Assembly: GCF_018977255.1 (NCBI RefSeq)
Contig: NW_024704742.1
Coordinates: 88,724,001-88,788,000, forward strand
DNA length: 64,000 nt
Source: Callorhinchus milii
Lineage: Eukaryota
Reading direction: 5' to 3'
Part shown: piece by piece, positions 1 through 11,679 of the stretch
How positions within the stretch are numbered: the stretch's first letter is position 1
Layout of the letters: the number at the start of each line of letters is the position of its first letter
Notes under the pieces: generated by a model
Database searches by the model: none
What the model was told of the DNA's origin: nothing
What the model saw: the letters and a program-made list of their open reading frames with translations, nothing else
Made by a program: the position numbers and the translations under genes

Positions 1-228
1 ATTACAAATTTTATCTCGGGGCTAGTTGGCCAGGACACCGGGAGAAACTTCCTTTTCTTTTTGAATCTTTAATGTCCACATGAACAGACAGACAGAACCT
101 TGGTTTAACACCTCCAACAATGCAGCACACCTCGAGCAGTGCATGGAGTGTCAGCATTGATCTAGGCCTGAACCCACAACCTTCTGACTTAGAGGGAAGA
201 GTGCTACCAATTGAGCTAGGCTGATACC
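1..228 (-). mobile_element. Old Deu-domain tRNA-headed SINE (SacSINE1/AmnSINE1-like), 5' part
   Basis: Minus strand reads a tRNA-like head (agcctagctcaattggtagcactc...ggttgtgggttcagg) then the ctgttcatgtggacattaaaga...cccggtgtcctggcc core shared with many other copies in the window. Confidence 0.7.
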
Positions 229-584
229 CAAGCATGTATATAAGCACTTGACTTCAAAATGCATAAACATCATTCTTAATAAGATGTTAAGTCAAGGTCC
301 CATCCGCCTGTTCAGATCGATGTTAAAGATCTCATTAGAAAAGGTGAGTTAGTCCCATTGTCCTGGACAACAATTCCCCCATAGTATTCATCACCAGGGA
401 ATGGCATGTATTAACTCCCTGTATGTGATATATAATGGCTAGATTATTTCCTGGTAACTGACTGTCAATTATCAAACCTAACAATGATATCCAAAAATAA
501 CTCTATTTTAGGGTCAAATGAACTATAATCAAAGAAGGAAAGAACTTGCATTTTTATAGGAGTTTTAACATCAGAATATCTCAA

Positions 585-785
585 AGAAACATAGAAATGT
601 ACATTGGGAAAAGAAGTAATTCAGGCCATCGAGTCTGCACCGGCTCACAGAGCAAGGAGATAAGTTTAATCCCTGTGCTCTGCCTTATCCCCTTCAAACC
701 CCTCTCTTTCATATGTCTGTCTACATTCATCTTGAAAGTTACAATGGACTTTACTTATCAGGGTATTCTACATCCCAACAACTTC
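585..785 (-). mobile_element. CR1-type LINE 3' fragment, decayed, lying inside a SINE remnant (about 536-880)
   Basis: catagaa...ggccatcgagtctgcaccggctc resembles the reverse complement of the CR1 3' ends at 20400-20474 and 44401-44480. Confidence 0.5.
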
Positions 786-1889
786 ACATTATTAACTGTC
801 AAATGTAGTGAGTGTTTTTGTAGGAAAATACTGAATGTAACCTATACACAGTGAGGCCCCATAAACAGCCATGAGTGTGAATGAAACAATTCAAGAGAAT
901 TGTTTGTCAGAAGCAGTATTCGTGTCCTTTATATGCGTCCATTGGAACCCACTGATTCCAGCACTGTTCCTTAACCTCTGGGGTGGCTTCACAATTCTCA
1001 GTCCAGGGATAAAACAAAGGGCTGAAAGTTAAACAGGGGCCATATCCTTTTATGACCCCACATTACCCAGTCATAGATGTGCTGGTGAACTGTTGCCTCA
1101 TCATTGAAAGGATGAACAAATAAACTGCGGTACCATAAACAAACAAGGTCTTAAATGTCATTTTTATTAGGAGGAACAAGTGGACTATAGCAGAATCCAC
1201 AAAGTATGTTGTACTGTCAGGGTATATATCCTCCGCAGCAATAAACCATCAGCACAGGGAGAGTCAATCCCTTGATAAGTTTGAACCTTTTCAGACATAT
1301 GCAGCAGGAATGATAAAGCCTTGTGGAAGCAATAATACCTTCAGACTTAGCAGAACAATGTTACTGATCCTACCAACAGATTTGGAATAAAATGGATAAT
1401 TTATGAACCCATTACTGGTGTAGATGAGGTTACAGAACCATTAACACCTGGTCTGATTAATCTTTCAATTAAAATAATGTATGTGAAACGGTGTACTTTA
1501 TTTTAAAACCTTACTTTTGTCTGATTTTACTTTTAAACAATTTTTATTGGCTCTCATCCATGTAATGAGGATTACGGTGTCTGTCACCTATTTTATTTGA
1601 ACAATTTGTTATGCTGTTTTTGGGGGAATACGAAAGTTTTTAAGCATATTAAAGCCCTGTGCATGCTTATCCCAATGATGATACCTCTGCGACATTGTGA
1701 AGAGTCAGGCACAAAGCCAGCGGTGGGAGGCAGCCTATTTCATCTGCTGAGCCAGTATCATCTACTGTGAGAAAAATGGGGTCAGGCTGGAGGAGGCAAG
1801 GACATATTGCTTGAGGCTCCCTGCTGGAAAAACAACAGTGGCTCCTCCGGTTTAGTTGAACTTTCAAAGGAGCACTTTTTAGCACTGTA

Positions 1890-2045
1890 TTAATATTAAA
1901 GTGAGACACTGCTTTGCGCAAATTGGCTGCCACTTTCACCTACAAAATACAAAGTCACTACACTTATATCCTGAGCAGTGCTTTGAGATTTGATATAGTG
2001 TCTAACATGAAAGGCACTACACCAAATTGAAGGATTATTATTATT
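1890..2045 (+). mobile_element. Deu-domain SINE 3' fragment
   Basis: ctgctttgcgcaaattggctgcc...gtgctttgaga...aaggattattattatt tail. Confidence 0.6.
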
Positions 2046-2114
2046 TACATCAATTTAGATAGAAACAGGACAAGCGGCCCAACCAGTCTGTGCCAGTGTT
2101 TATGCTCCACACGA

Positions 2115-3932
2115 GTGTCTACCCACTGTGCCTTATTCCCTCCCACATCCTCCTGTTCCCTTCTGCTTCCCTTCTCCAACCTTCACTGCGAGGAGATGCT
2201 GGATTTCTTTGAATCCAAGATCAAGGGAATTCGCTCCGCGGTCACTTCCCCTCCAACATCCACCAACCCCCCACCCCCTCACTCCCACACTCCGACTGCT
2301 ACCCATCCTCCCCTACTCACTCTTGTACCCGTTTCCCCACCCTCTGTCACCAAACTCATCCTATCCCTGAAACCATCCACCTGCTCCCTTGACCCCATCC
2401 CCACTCCACTCCTTATCTCCCAGCTCCACTTTCTTACCCCACATATCACCGACATCGTCAACCTGTCCCTCTCCTCTGGCTCCATTCCCATTCCCTTAAA
2501 AACTGCTACCATCACGCCCACCCTGAAAAAACCCTCCCTTGATGCGTCACAGCTATCAAGCTACCGGCCCATCTCCAACCTCCCCTTTCTCTCCAAGGTC
2601 CTGGAAAGAGTTGTCGCCTCCCAACTGCGCTCTTTCCTTTCCACCCATTCACTTTTCGAACCCCTTCAGTCAGGTTTCCGTGCTGCCCATAGCACAGAAA
2701 CTGCCCTGGTCAAGGTCACCAATGATATCCTGACCATCTGTGACCAGGGCTCCCTCTGCCTCCTCGTCCTCCTCGACCTATCGGCAGCATTCGATACGGT
2801 CGACCACGCTATCCTACTCCACCGCTTGTCCTCCCACCTCAACCTTCAAGGCACTGTCCTTGAGTGGTTTAGGTCGTACCTTTCTCACCGTCTTCACTTT
2901 GTCTTGACAAATGGCTTCTCCTCCACCCCCCGCACTGTCTCATGTGGTGTCCCTCAGGGCTCTGTCCTCGGTCCCCTCCTCTTCACCCTCTATATGCTCC
3001 CCCTCGGTGACATCATCCGCAGACATGGGTTAACTTCCACATGTATGCGGATGACACCCAACTCTACCTTTCCTCCTCTACCCTCAACTCCACGACCACC
3101 GATGTCCTGACAGCCTGCCTGTCCGACATCGAGTCCTGGACGAGAGACAACTTTCTTCAGCTCAACGTGCGAAAAACCGAGGCCCTCCTGATTGGCTCAC
3201 GTCAGCGCCTCCGCACCTCAGGCGCTGACACCATCAGCATCCAAGGCTGCACTCTCCACCTCTCAAAGCCAGTCAGGAACCTCGGCGTTTTGTTCGACCC
3301 TGAGCTGTCCTTTCTCCCTCACATCCGCACCACAACTGGCACCGCCTTCCATCACCTCCGGAATATCGCCAGACTACGGCACTACCTCACCCCTCACGCT
3401 GCTGAAACCCTGGTTCACGCCTTTGTCACCTCAAGGCTGGACTATGGGAACTCTCTCCTCGCCGGCCTTCCCGGCACCTCCCTCCACAAGCTGCAGGTCA
3501 TTCAGAACTCTGCAGCTCGTGTACTGTCCCGCACCAGGCTTCGGGACCACATCACTCCCACCCTCGCTCGCCTCCACTGGCTCCCCATCCCCCAGAGGAT
3601 TGATTTCAAGATCCTCATCCTCACCTACAAGGCCATTCACGGCCTTGCTCCCTCCTACCTCTCCAACCTACTATCCCCCTACCTACCTGCCCGTACCCTC
3701 CGTTCCTCTGGCTCCGGTCTGCTCCACGTCCCCCGCCCCAATCGCCCTACCATCGGTGGTCGGGCCTTCAGCCCCGAGGCTCTGGAACTCTATCCCCCAG
3801 TGCCTTCGCCTTGCTTCCTCCCTTTCCTCCTTCAAGGCCGGTCTCAAAACCTTTCTCTTTGACCGAGCCTTCAGCTCCCCTCTCGACTCTCTTCCCCCTC
3901 CTCGCTCCCTCCCTTCCCTCCCCTCACCCTGA
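2115..3932 (+). pseudogene. L2 ORF2 reverse transcriptase remnant with two frameshifts
   Basis: Motifs YRPISNLPFLSKVLE, QSGFR..HSTETAL, LLDLSAAFDTVDH, GVPQGSVLGPLLF, YADD, SRLDYGN, LHWLP, RLWNS are spread over ORFs 2115-3110, 3041-3862 and the end of 3192-3932; lesions near 3027 and 3772. Confidence 0.92.
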
Positions 3933-4071
3933 CCATTTCCCCCCTCCTCATTCCCTCCCTTCCCTCCCCTCATTTTCCCCCTGCTCGGGTCATGACCCAA
4001 CTGTGCAGCGCCTTGGGACGTCCTCCTGACGTGAAAGGCGCTTTATAAATGGAATCTTGTTGTTGTTGTTG
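2115..4071 (+). mobile_element. L2-clade LINE, 5'-truncated, young copy
   Basis: RT ORF, C-rich 3' UTR, terminal stem-loop at 4008-4041 and (TTG)n tail; no endonuclease domain seen. Confidence 0.95.
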
Positions 4072-4879
4072 CTTCATGTAAAAGTCTAGCTTCCTCTTAA
4101 ATGCATATTATTATAATTGGCTCAATTGTTCTCAATTAATCAAATGAATGCAATTTTCAATTAAGGTTTAGGATAATATAAGGGTTAAACTACAGTGGAA
4201 TGAATACCCTGTGTGTGGAGACGGGTACTCACAAATGCAATGTTATGAATAATAATAATAATAAGTGTATTGTAACATTTTACCGGTGTTCAAGTTTGAT
4301 GTGCGGTAACATGTGGGAATCTGAATGCCAATGACAGGGATACTTAGTTAGATTAATGATTCTACCTGTAACAGACATGGTCCTGGCATCAGAGACTGGA
4401 CTGGTGAGAAAAGGAGACTCATTTGTTAGTGACTGTACCAGTGCTGTTCTGAAAGGACAGTGGGTACATTAGTGATGGAGTCATTAAGAAACTGCCTTCC
4501 CACACGTTTATCACAATATCAACCCACGCAGATGGAGGCGATGTAAGTTTAAATTCCAGAGAAAATCACTGCGATGAGCTGCATTATTTATCACACAGCT
4601 GTGCTGTCCGTAACTGGATGCCCTCACACATAAAACAATAACACTGAGATCCCAAGAGCAAATTCAATAATGAAAAAGTCCTAAATATAGAAGTTCTAGT
4701 CACGCAAGCTTTTTCCAGCGTATCAATAATTTAAAATCTATACATAAAAAAAGACTGCGGATGTGAGTTCAAGTGAGTCTACCAAGCGAGCATTTGTACA
4801 GAGCAGTACAAATGCAATGATTAAAACCGAAAGAGATAAGCTTTACTGCTGTAACGTATTTGATCTGGCCATTCTCTAC

Positions 4880-5278
4880 ATTGGTGGAGGTGCTGTCCTT
4901 CAGACGAGACATTACACTAAGGTCATGTCTGTCTGTTGAGGAGGATGTTAAAGATCCACGGTACTACTCAGAAAGGGAAGGGAGTTTCTCCCAGTGTCCT
5001 GGACAATAATTTCCCAAATAAAATTAATCATCCACTCATGGCTTTTTACGGGAAATCTATAACATCAATGATCCACAAAGAGTCATTGAAGTGAATGACT
5101 AACCTATTTCGGGATTGATGTACAATAGCTCCATTCACATCGGGAACAAGTCTCACATTTACTGTAAAGTGCAATGACTGTGTGTTTTGTAGGCCTGCCT
5201 ACATAATTTAGGCAGTACCTTATAATATCTTGAAGACGTGAAAGGGCGTTATGTCAAATGCAAGGATTACTATTATTT
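4880..5278 (+). mobile_element. Old Deu-domain SINE, 5'-truncated
   Basis: gatgttaaagatcc...gagtttctcccagtgtcctggac core and caaatgcaaggattactattatt tail. Confidence 0.65.
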
Positions 5279-5816
5279 CTGATGTAGGTAAAGGACGCTC
5301 TGGGATGCTACCTTACGTGATGGGCGCTATATAAATGCGAGTTATTATTGTTGTTGTTGATGTGGCACGCACTCGCTTTTATGAGTTTTACCCAGATGGG
5401 GAGAGGAAGGATCCTTTCCCCACCCACCACCCAATTGGGCTGAACCCTGCAGCAGACAGGGATGGATATCTTTCAACAAGTACTATTTGAAGGCTGAAAA
5501 AAATCTCCAGCAAAGCAAACGTAAGGGTATTCGCTATTGTAAAGTGGTTAACAGGATTAAACACGGAAACAATATTAGAAAGGAATGCTGCCAGAAGCTC
5601 GCATTACACTGTTAAAGCAGCTTTGGGGCCATGAACAATATTAAAGACGAGGACACTTTGTGATATTGGATTTCGCTCACTTCTTCCTCAAATACAATCT
5701 ATGCAATACAATATGTTTATATTTATACACTGGTTTTCATGTCAAGAGGACCTCTCATACTGCTTCACGGAGTCTACCGGGCTCTTTTCCAAAACTTTTA
5801 TGCTTCCATGAAACAT

Positions 5817-6490
5817 ACAACAACAACAACAACTTGAATTTATATAGCGCCCTCCATGCCGGACGGCGCTATATACATGAAAATAGGAAGAGAGGGGCCG
5901 AGGAGAAGGGAGTGAGGAAGGAAGTTCCAGAGCCTCGGGGCATAGTGGCTGAAGGCATGGCTGCCGAGGGTGGAGCGGAGAACTCGGGGGACAAGGAGGA
6001 GGACAGAACCGGAGGAACGAAGGCAAGGGGTACTGTTTGAGGAGAGAGGAGGTCAAAGAGGTAGGGGGGTACAGAGGAGTGGAGGGATTTGAAGACAAAG
6101 GTGAGGATCTTGAAGTCGATCCTCTCTGGGATAGGCAGCCAGTGCAGTCTGGCAAGGATTGGGGTGATCGGGGAGTGGAGTTTGGTGCGGGTGAGAATGC
6201 GGGCGGCAGAGTTTTGAATAATCTGGATTTTATGGATAGTAGTGGATGGGAGGCTGGTGAGGAGGGCATTAGAGTAGTCCAGCCGAGAGGTGACAAAGGC
6301 ATGGACCAGGGTTTCAGTGGCTTTCAGAGAGAGGTATTGGTGGAGACGGGCGAGGCATCGGTGGTGGAAGAAAGCAGTGCTGGTGAGGGACCAGATGTGG
6401 GGTGGAAGGATAATTGGGGGTCGAACCTGACGCCTAGGTTGCCTACGGGTTTGGAGAGTTATAGGGGGAGATCGGGTAGGTAGATATGTT
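5817..6490 (-). mobile_element. L2 LINE 3' fragment (second tail type)
   Basis: ORF 5869-6498 has ETLVHAFVTSRLDYSN and LHWLPIPERIDFKIL; (CAA)n tail on the plus strand at 5817. Confidence 0.9.
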
Positions 6491-6691
6491 GATTCCAACC
6501 CTGAGTTGATTTCAGATCCTGGAGCTAGTGTTTGAGCACTGAAGACCTGTAGAGTTAATCTGGTATTCTATGAAGCTGACAAGTTTATGGACTATTTTCT
6601 GCACTCTTTAACATTACATTTGCCACATCAGTGACACAGTGTCATTCCCTCATATCGTGGGTGTATTGTGGACTCGCACTATGCTACTGCT

Positions 6692-7113
6692 AATAATAAT
6701 CTTTGCATTTGTTATAGTGCCTTTCACTTCAAGAGGATGTCCCCAAGTGCTTCACAGAATTTACAGTGAAGAGCAGTGATTGTGCAGTTGGAGGTGAATG
6801 TGGCAGCCCAAGCAATGTAATGTTCCACAAACAGAGTGACCAATATTATTTAGGGCATTGCTGGTCAGTCCACTGGGAGAAACTCCTTTCCCTTTTTGAA
6901 TAGTGCCATGGAATCTTCAACATCCACCTGAACAGGCAGAGCGAACCTCTGTTTATGGTCCCACCCAAAGGACGGCATCTCTGACAATGTAACACATCCC
7001 CAGCATTACATTGGAGCGTCAGCTTGGACTGTGTGAATTCAAGTTCTGATGTGAGGCTTGAACTTACAGCCTTCTGACTCAGAGGCAAAAGTGCTCCCAC
7101 TGTGCCAGGTTGA
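6692..7113 (-). mobile_element. Old Deu-domain SINE, near full length
   Basis: Tail taataataatctttgcattt at left, core in the middle, tRNA-like head (ctctgagtcagaaggctgtaagttcaagcc on minus) at right. Confidence 0.75.
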
Positions 7114-8974
7114 CAAATTACTGGAAGAGCTTCTGGTGCTGACTGGGTGGCTTCCTGTGTACAGTACTTATTTGCTGTATGTGAAGAAAGTACCACTTTC
7201 ATCACTTTCTATGAGCTTCCTACATGTACATGTGCAGGAACACCATTGATGTCATTTCCCGTGTGTTACACTCATGCACAGGGAGTACCACTGAATTCAA
7301 TTTGTACAAAAATGGCAGACAAGCAGGGCAGCTGATACAGAGTATTCACCAGAGAGAATGAAGGACCTTGGGACAAAGAATTTCAAGTGAATTTTTAAAA
7401 TAAAAACATGAATAAATTCTGTACATAAAGCCCGGAGTTAGAGGCCTTCTCTCAGACAAGGTAGCAATATTTTTTTGAATCTGTAGGACATGCTCAATGC
7501 ATTATCGATGTTATAATAATACAAATAATAATCCTTGCATTTGAAATAGCGCCTTAGAACTACCAAATTCAAGGATTATTTATTTTATTAACACATTATT
7601 TTCTGGTATGGAGGGTAGGAGGAGGCCAATGTTAGAAAGGGACCATCAAAGTGTGTAATTTGTTTATTTGGATGGGAGGATGAAACAAAACACATGTCCT
7701 GCAAAGTGTCAGGATCAATAAACCTTGCATTTGATATACATTATTGCCTATCACGTCAAAACATCTCAAAGAGCTTCACACTGTTTTCTGTGAAGTGAAA
7801 TAACTCTATAATTGAAGCTGTATTTTAGAATCTGCTAAATTCTGCGCACTCTGAAATGTTAAGAAAATGGAGTAAACCTAGACCCGGGTAGAATTACTCC
7901 CCAATAGACTTTCTTAAAAAGTACTGGTTTCCTGGCAGCAAAGTGCAGAATGTATGCCAATAACTGTGACTGCGCACACTCTAAAGATTGCTCCTGGTTG
8001 CAAAATGTGGAGAAACTGCTGATTATGAACCGCAGAAGTGCAGGTCAATTCACAGCAGTGCCACTTTAGCAGGCAGGTGGTTAGACTCCTTTTAGCGTTT
8101 TCTGCCCACCTCAGTGCTTTCAGCCCAGTCTAATGTTTTAACACCTTTACAATGTCATTCAGCTTTGAGAGTTGGTAGAGTTGTTCTGGTGCATTACCTT
8201 CACTCTACACCATCACTATCTCATAATACCCTTGACTGTACAATAGAAAGTGAATAACTACAATTACAATCCCACCTTTCCAGCTCCTCATTAACCTTCT
8301 ATGAAGTGTAATGTCTCTGCCTATGTTAATCTTCCAAATAACATAAGGAACAGCAACTATCAAATGCTATCACCACTGCAAAAGTTCTGTTAAATCAGCC
8401 TAGCCGGCCTCAGTTCGTTGAGCAAATTACAATCATAAAGATGGAGCAATCTGATATTTTGATCCTAAAAATAAAGTGACAAACATAATATGCAAACAGG
8501 TACTGTGCAATTTATTTTCAAGGACTTAGTTCACTATTCTCCTCAGCAAGAGCTAATGGATTTGATCTTTAAGGGGTGTTGCTTTCATGAAAAGTGTCTG
8601 GCTTGCGTTAGGGGGTGGACTGTCACACAGTGTCATACAGAGATGATATTATGGTGCTTTTCACCAGCAAAGTAGGATCTAAACACATTTATTTTAAGCT
8701 GTGATCACCGAAGGTGACCAGCACAGATAGGGCCTTGAAGGCATAAGCATGGTAATCATATTACTGAAGAGCAAGAAACGATAAATATATTAAATAGGCT
8801 TTTCACATTAGTTTTCACAAGTGAAGACCATGTTCAAATGCCAGGTACAATGGTTTGGGCTCAGGAATCATCAATGTGTATATACTGCTGGAGATTTCAG
8901 GGCCTTGGGATGTTCTCCCAATGTGAAAGGCGCTATACAAATGTAATTTGTTATTGTTGTTGAAATATTATGTT

Positions 8975-9675
8975 GTGGGGATATAAGGATTCAATAAATT
9001 GAATGTTGACAGACTTTTTCCACTTGTTGGTGATTCCGGGATTAGAAGTCATAAATATAAGATAGCTAGTAGTACATAATATATAAATAATCCTTGAGAT
9101 TGATATAACACCTGATCACACCGTTGAGATGTCTCAAAGCGCTTCACAGGATATACTATAAATTGGTGTGACTGTGTGTATTTTGTGGGTGAACACAGCA
9201 ACCATTTTGTGCACAGCAATGTCTCACAAACAGCCATGGAGTTTTATAACCAATTCTATCATAATAATAATCCCTGCATTTGATATAGAGCTTTTCATGT
9301 CTTCTAGACGTCTCAAAGCGCTTCACAGAATAGACTATAAAGTGAATTGACTGTATATTTGTGGGCGAAATGCGGCAGCCAATTGCGCACAGCAGTGTCC
9401 CACAAACAGTCGTGGATTGAAATGACCAATTTATTATTGATTTTTTCTTGAGGGATTATTATTAGGCCTGTGGAGTAAGCAAACTTGCCCAAGGTTTCAC
9501 CCTGCCGGGAATCGAACCCAGGTCTCTCGCTTGCAAAGCAAGTGGTCTATCCACTGAGCTACAGGACTCCACTTATTTGGAAGATTGTTGGCCAGGGCAC
9601 TAGAAGTCATTCCCTTCTCTTTTTGAATAGTAGTAGATCTGATAGCAAGTTTAGGAGGAATTTCTATTGCAGTTT
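8975..9675 (+). mobile_element. CR1 fragment interrupted by an old SINE (about 9083-9632, minus) that is itself interrupted by a young SINE
   Basis: CR1 ORF2-like sequence ...gtcataaatataagatagctagtagta resumes as gatctgatagcaagtttaggaggaatttc after the SINEs. Confidence 0.55.
9261..9572 (-). mobile_element. Young tRNA-Ala-headed SINE, full length
   Basis: Minus strand gtggagtcctgtagctcagtgg...ttgcaagcgagagacctgggttcgattccc head, Deu-like body, (ATT)n tail. Confidence 0.9.
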
Positions 9676-9896
9676 CAGTCTGAAGTCTTGGCCCTGGCTA
9701 ATGGTGCCAGGATACAGAAGGAGTGAGGGTCAACCAGGTTAATACACATAATTAATTGCCAGACATACCATATACACCATATACATGCATACATGCATGA
9801 GAGTGTGTTTGTGTTGTTTCAATATAGTGGCAGATCCTTTCTGAATCTTGCTTTTGGCCACTGCAACTAACTGCTAATGATTTTTATTTTTTGCAG

Positions 9897-9970
9897 GTCC
9901 TCTCAGAAGTATGAGTGACAGTCAAGATACAGAGGAGGGCGTCATGTCGGTGGAACAGCAGCCAAATGAG
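9897..9970 (+). other. Candidate exon (unverified)
   Basis: Strong acceptor ctaactgctaatgatttttattttttgcag; open frame PLRSMSDSQDTEEGVMSVEQQPNE; donor GAG|gtcaat is weak. Confidence 0.25.
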
Positions 9971-10319
9971 GTCAATTTCCTTGCTACAAACATTTATCAC
10001 AAAATATTCCCAGCAGTCACATTTACCTCATTCTGAATCACTTGACGTGAGGAGATGGGCGGTACTATTGGCATCGTGATTTGCTCTCCATGGTGCAATG
10101 TGCAGAATAGGCAGGATGGCACAGTTTTAGCACACAGCATCTTTTTGTTTGTTTTTTGACTTTGTGAGATTGCAGCTGTTCTCTGATCTGAGTTTGTGTG
10201 GATTAAACTAATACAACAACAGCCTGACAACTTGCAATTAACGCTCTTCATGCAGGATAGCGCCTCAGGGCGCTTAACATTGCGGAGTTTGACACCGAGC
10301 AGGAGAGAGGGGACTTGAT

Positions 10320-10665
10320 GGTAGGAATGGAGAGCTCAGAAGAAGGCCATTTGTCCCATGGTGTCTGTGTAGGCTCTTTTGAAGAGTTCCATTTATCTGT
10401 CGTTTCTCCATACCTCTGTGGTTTACTCTTTGTTAAATATTTATCTAGTTCTTTTTCGAAAGCTAAGATGGATTCTACCTCAACCACCGCTCCCAGTAGG
10501 TCAATCCATATTCGAACAACAACAACAACAAAATTACATTTATAAAGAACCTTTCATGTCGGGAGGACGTCGCAAGGCACGTCCCTAACCACTCTGCTTG
10601 CGAAAACATTTCCCCTAACCTCCTCATTTGCAATCATAACTATCTTAAATTGATGTCTTCTAGTC
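10320..10665 (-). mobile_element. CR1 3' fragment with an inserted L2 tail (about 10515-10582)
   Basis: ORF 10248-10487 MVEVESILAFEKELDKYL resembles the CR1 ORF2 C-terminus; the insert is (CAA)n plus gtcgggaggacgtc. Confidence 0.7.
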
Positions 10666-10679
10666 AGAGGGTGTAACGT

Positions 10680-10876
10680 GGGAGAGGAATTCCATATGGG
10701 TCTAGATTTCCTCCACTTGCGAGGCATCAGTCTTAACTCTGAACTCGCTTTTCTGTAACTCTCAAAAGAAACTTAGAGCCAAAATAGACTTCAGAATTTA
10801 AGAATTTGCTAAATTTTGGACGCTCTGAAATTCTACAGAAAAAAGTAAATCTATCGCCACATGGAATTTCTCCCTG
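10680..10876. mobile_element. Palindromic MITE, family copy
   Basis: Imperfect inverted ends gggagaggaattccatatgggtctagattt / aaatctatcgccacatggaatttctccc. Confidence 0.6.
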
Positions 10877-11204
10877 TGGGTACGTTCTTCTGGTAACTTC
10901 ACTGCAAAGGTAAGATGGAGAATTTGGCTTTTCTTTTGCTTCATTGTTTCTCTCGTTTTACTGGCAGTTTTATATTCCTGAAAAGTGCTTTTGCTTTCGG
11001 GTGGCACATTACACATTACGAAAAAGAACATTTCTTTTGCAGGTGAGAATGAAAATGAGATGTGACTGTAAAAGTGAAGCATTAGGAACTTGGAAAAAAT
11101 ATGTGACATTTGATGTCAGAATTACCACAAAGCCAGACATTCTGCTCTTGGCAAGATGTCAGTCCATAACTGGTGACCCAGAATACGTAAGGGGGCTACC
11201 TAGC

Positions 11205-11560
11205 CCCTAGAGGCAGTCCAAAGAGCAAGTGTCAAGGAATGAACTATGAGCAACCCTGAGACAACTAAGGCTCTTCAGTCTACAAAGGAGATGTCTCAGT
11301 GGGGACCTTATATAGCTGTATAAAAGCTTAAATGGGATTGAAATAGTAAACCCAGAACAATAATTTAGGTTACCAAAACTGTAGAACAAGAGGACGTAGG
11401 TTTAGCGTTGCAAAGAGCAAGCTTAGGACAGACACCAGGAAGTATTTATTTACCTCAGAGTGTAGATAATGACTGGAACAAGTTGCCAGAAAGGGGGGTT
11501 GAGGCCAGGATACTGAATTCATTTAAATAAAACAGCTTGATCATGTGATGGGATGATGTT
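11205..11560 (+). mobile_element. CR1 LINE 3' fragment
   Basis: Decayed equivalent of the MSYE-RL-LFSL-RR-RGDL...WN-LP region seen intact at 20016-20324. Confidence 0.7.
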
Positions 11561-11679
11561 AGGGTGTTATACAACACAACTTCTGGGTTGCAAACTCTAC
11601 CGCTGAGCAGAGGTTCTTGGGGTCACTGTTTGGACTCACAGGTTGTCATTGTTGTTCAATACAATTTACACTTTTAGCA

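Noticed and set aside
2128..4029. Overlapping Pro/Ser-rich and antisense Gly/Glu-rich ORFs
   Set aside because: Alternative-frame and opposite-strand shadows of the C-rich L2 ORF2; the same applies at 5660-6483, 15363-15871, 22856-23696 and 30882-31365
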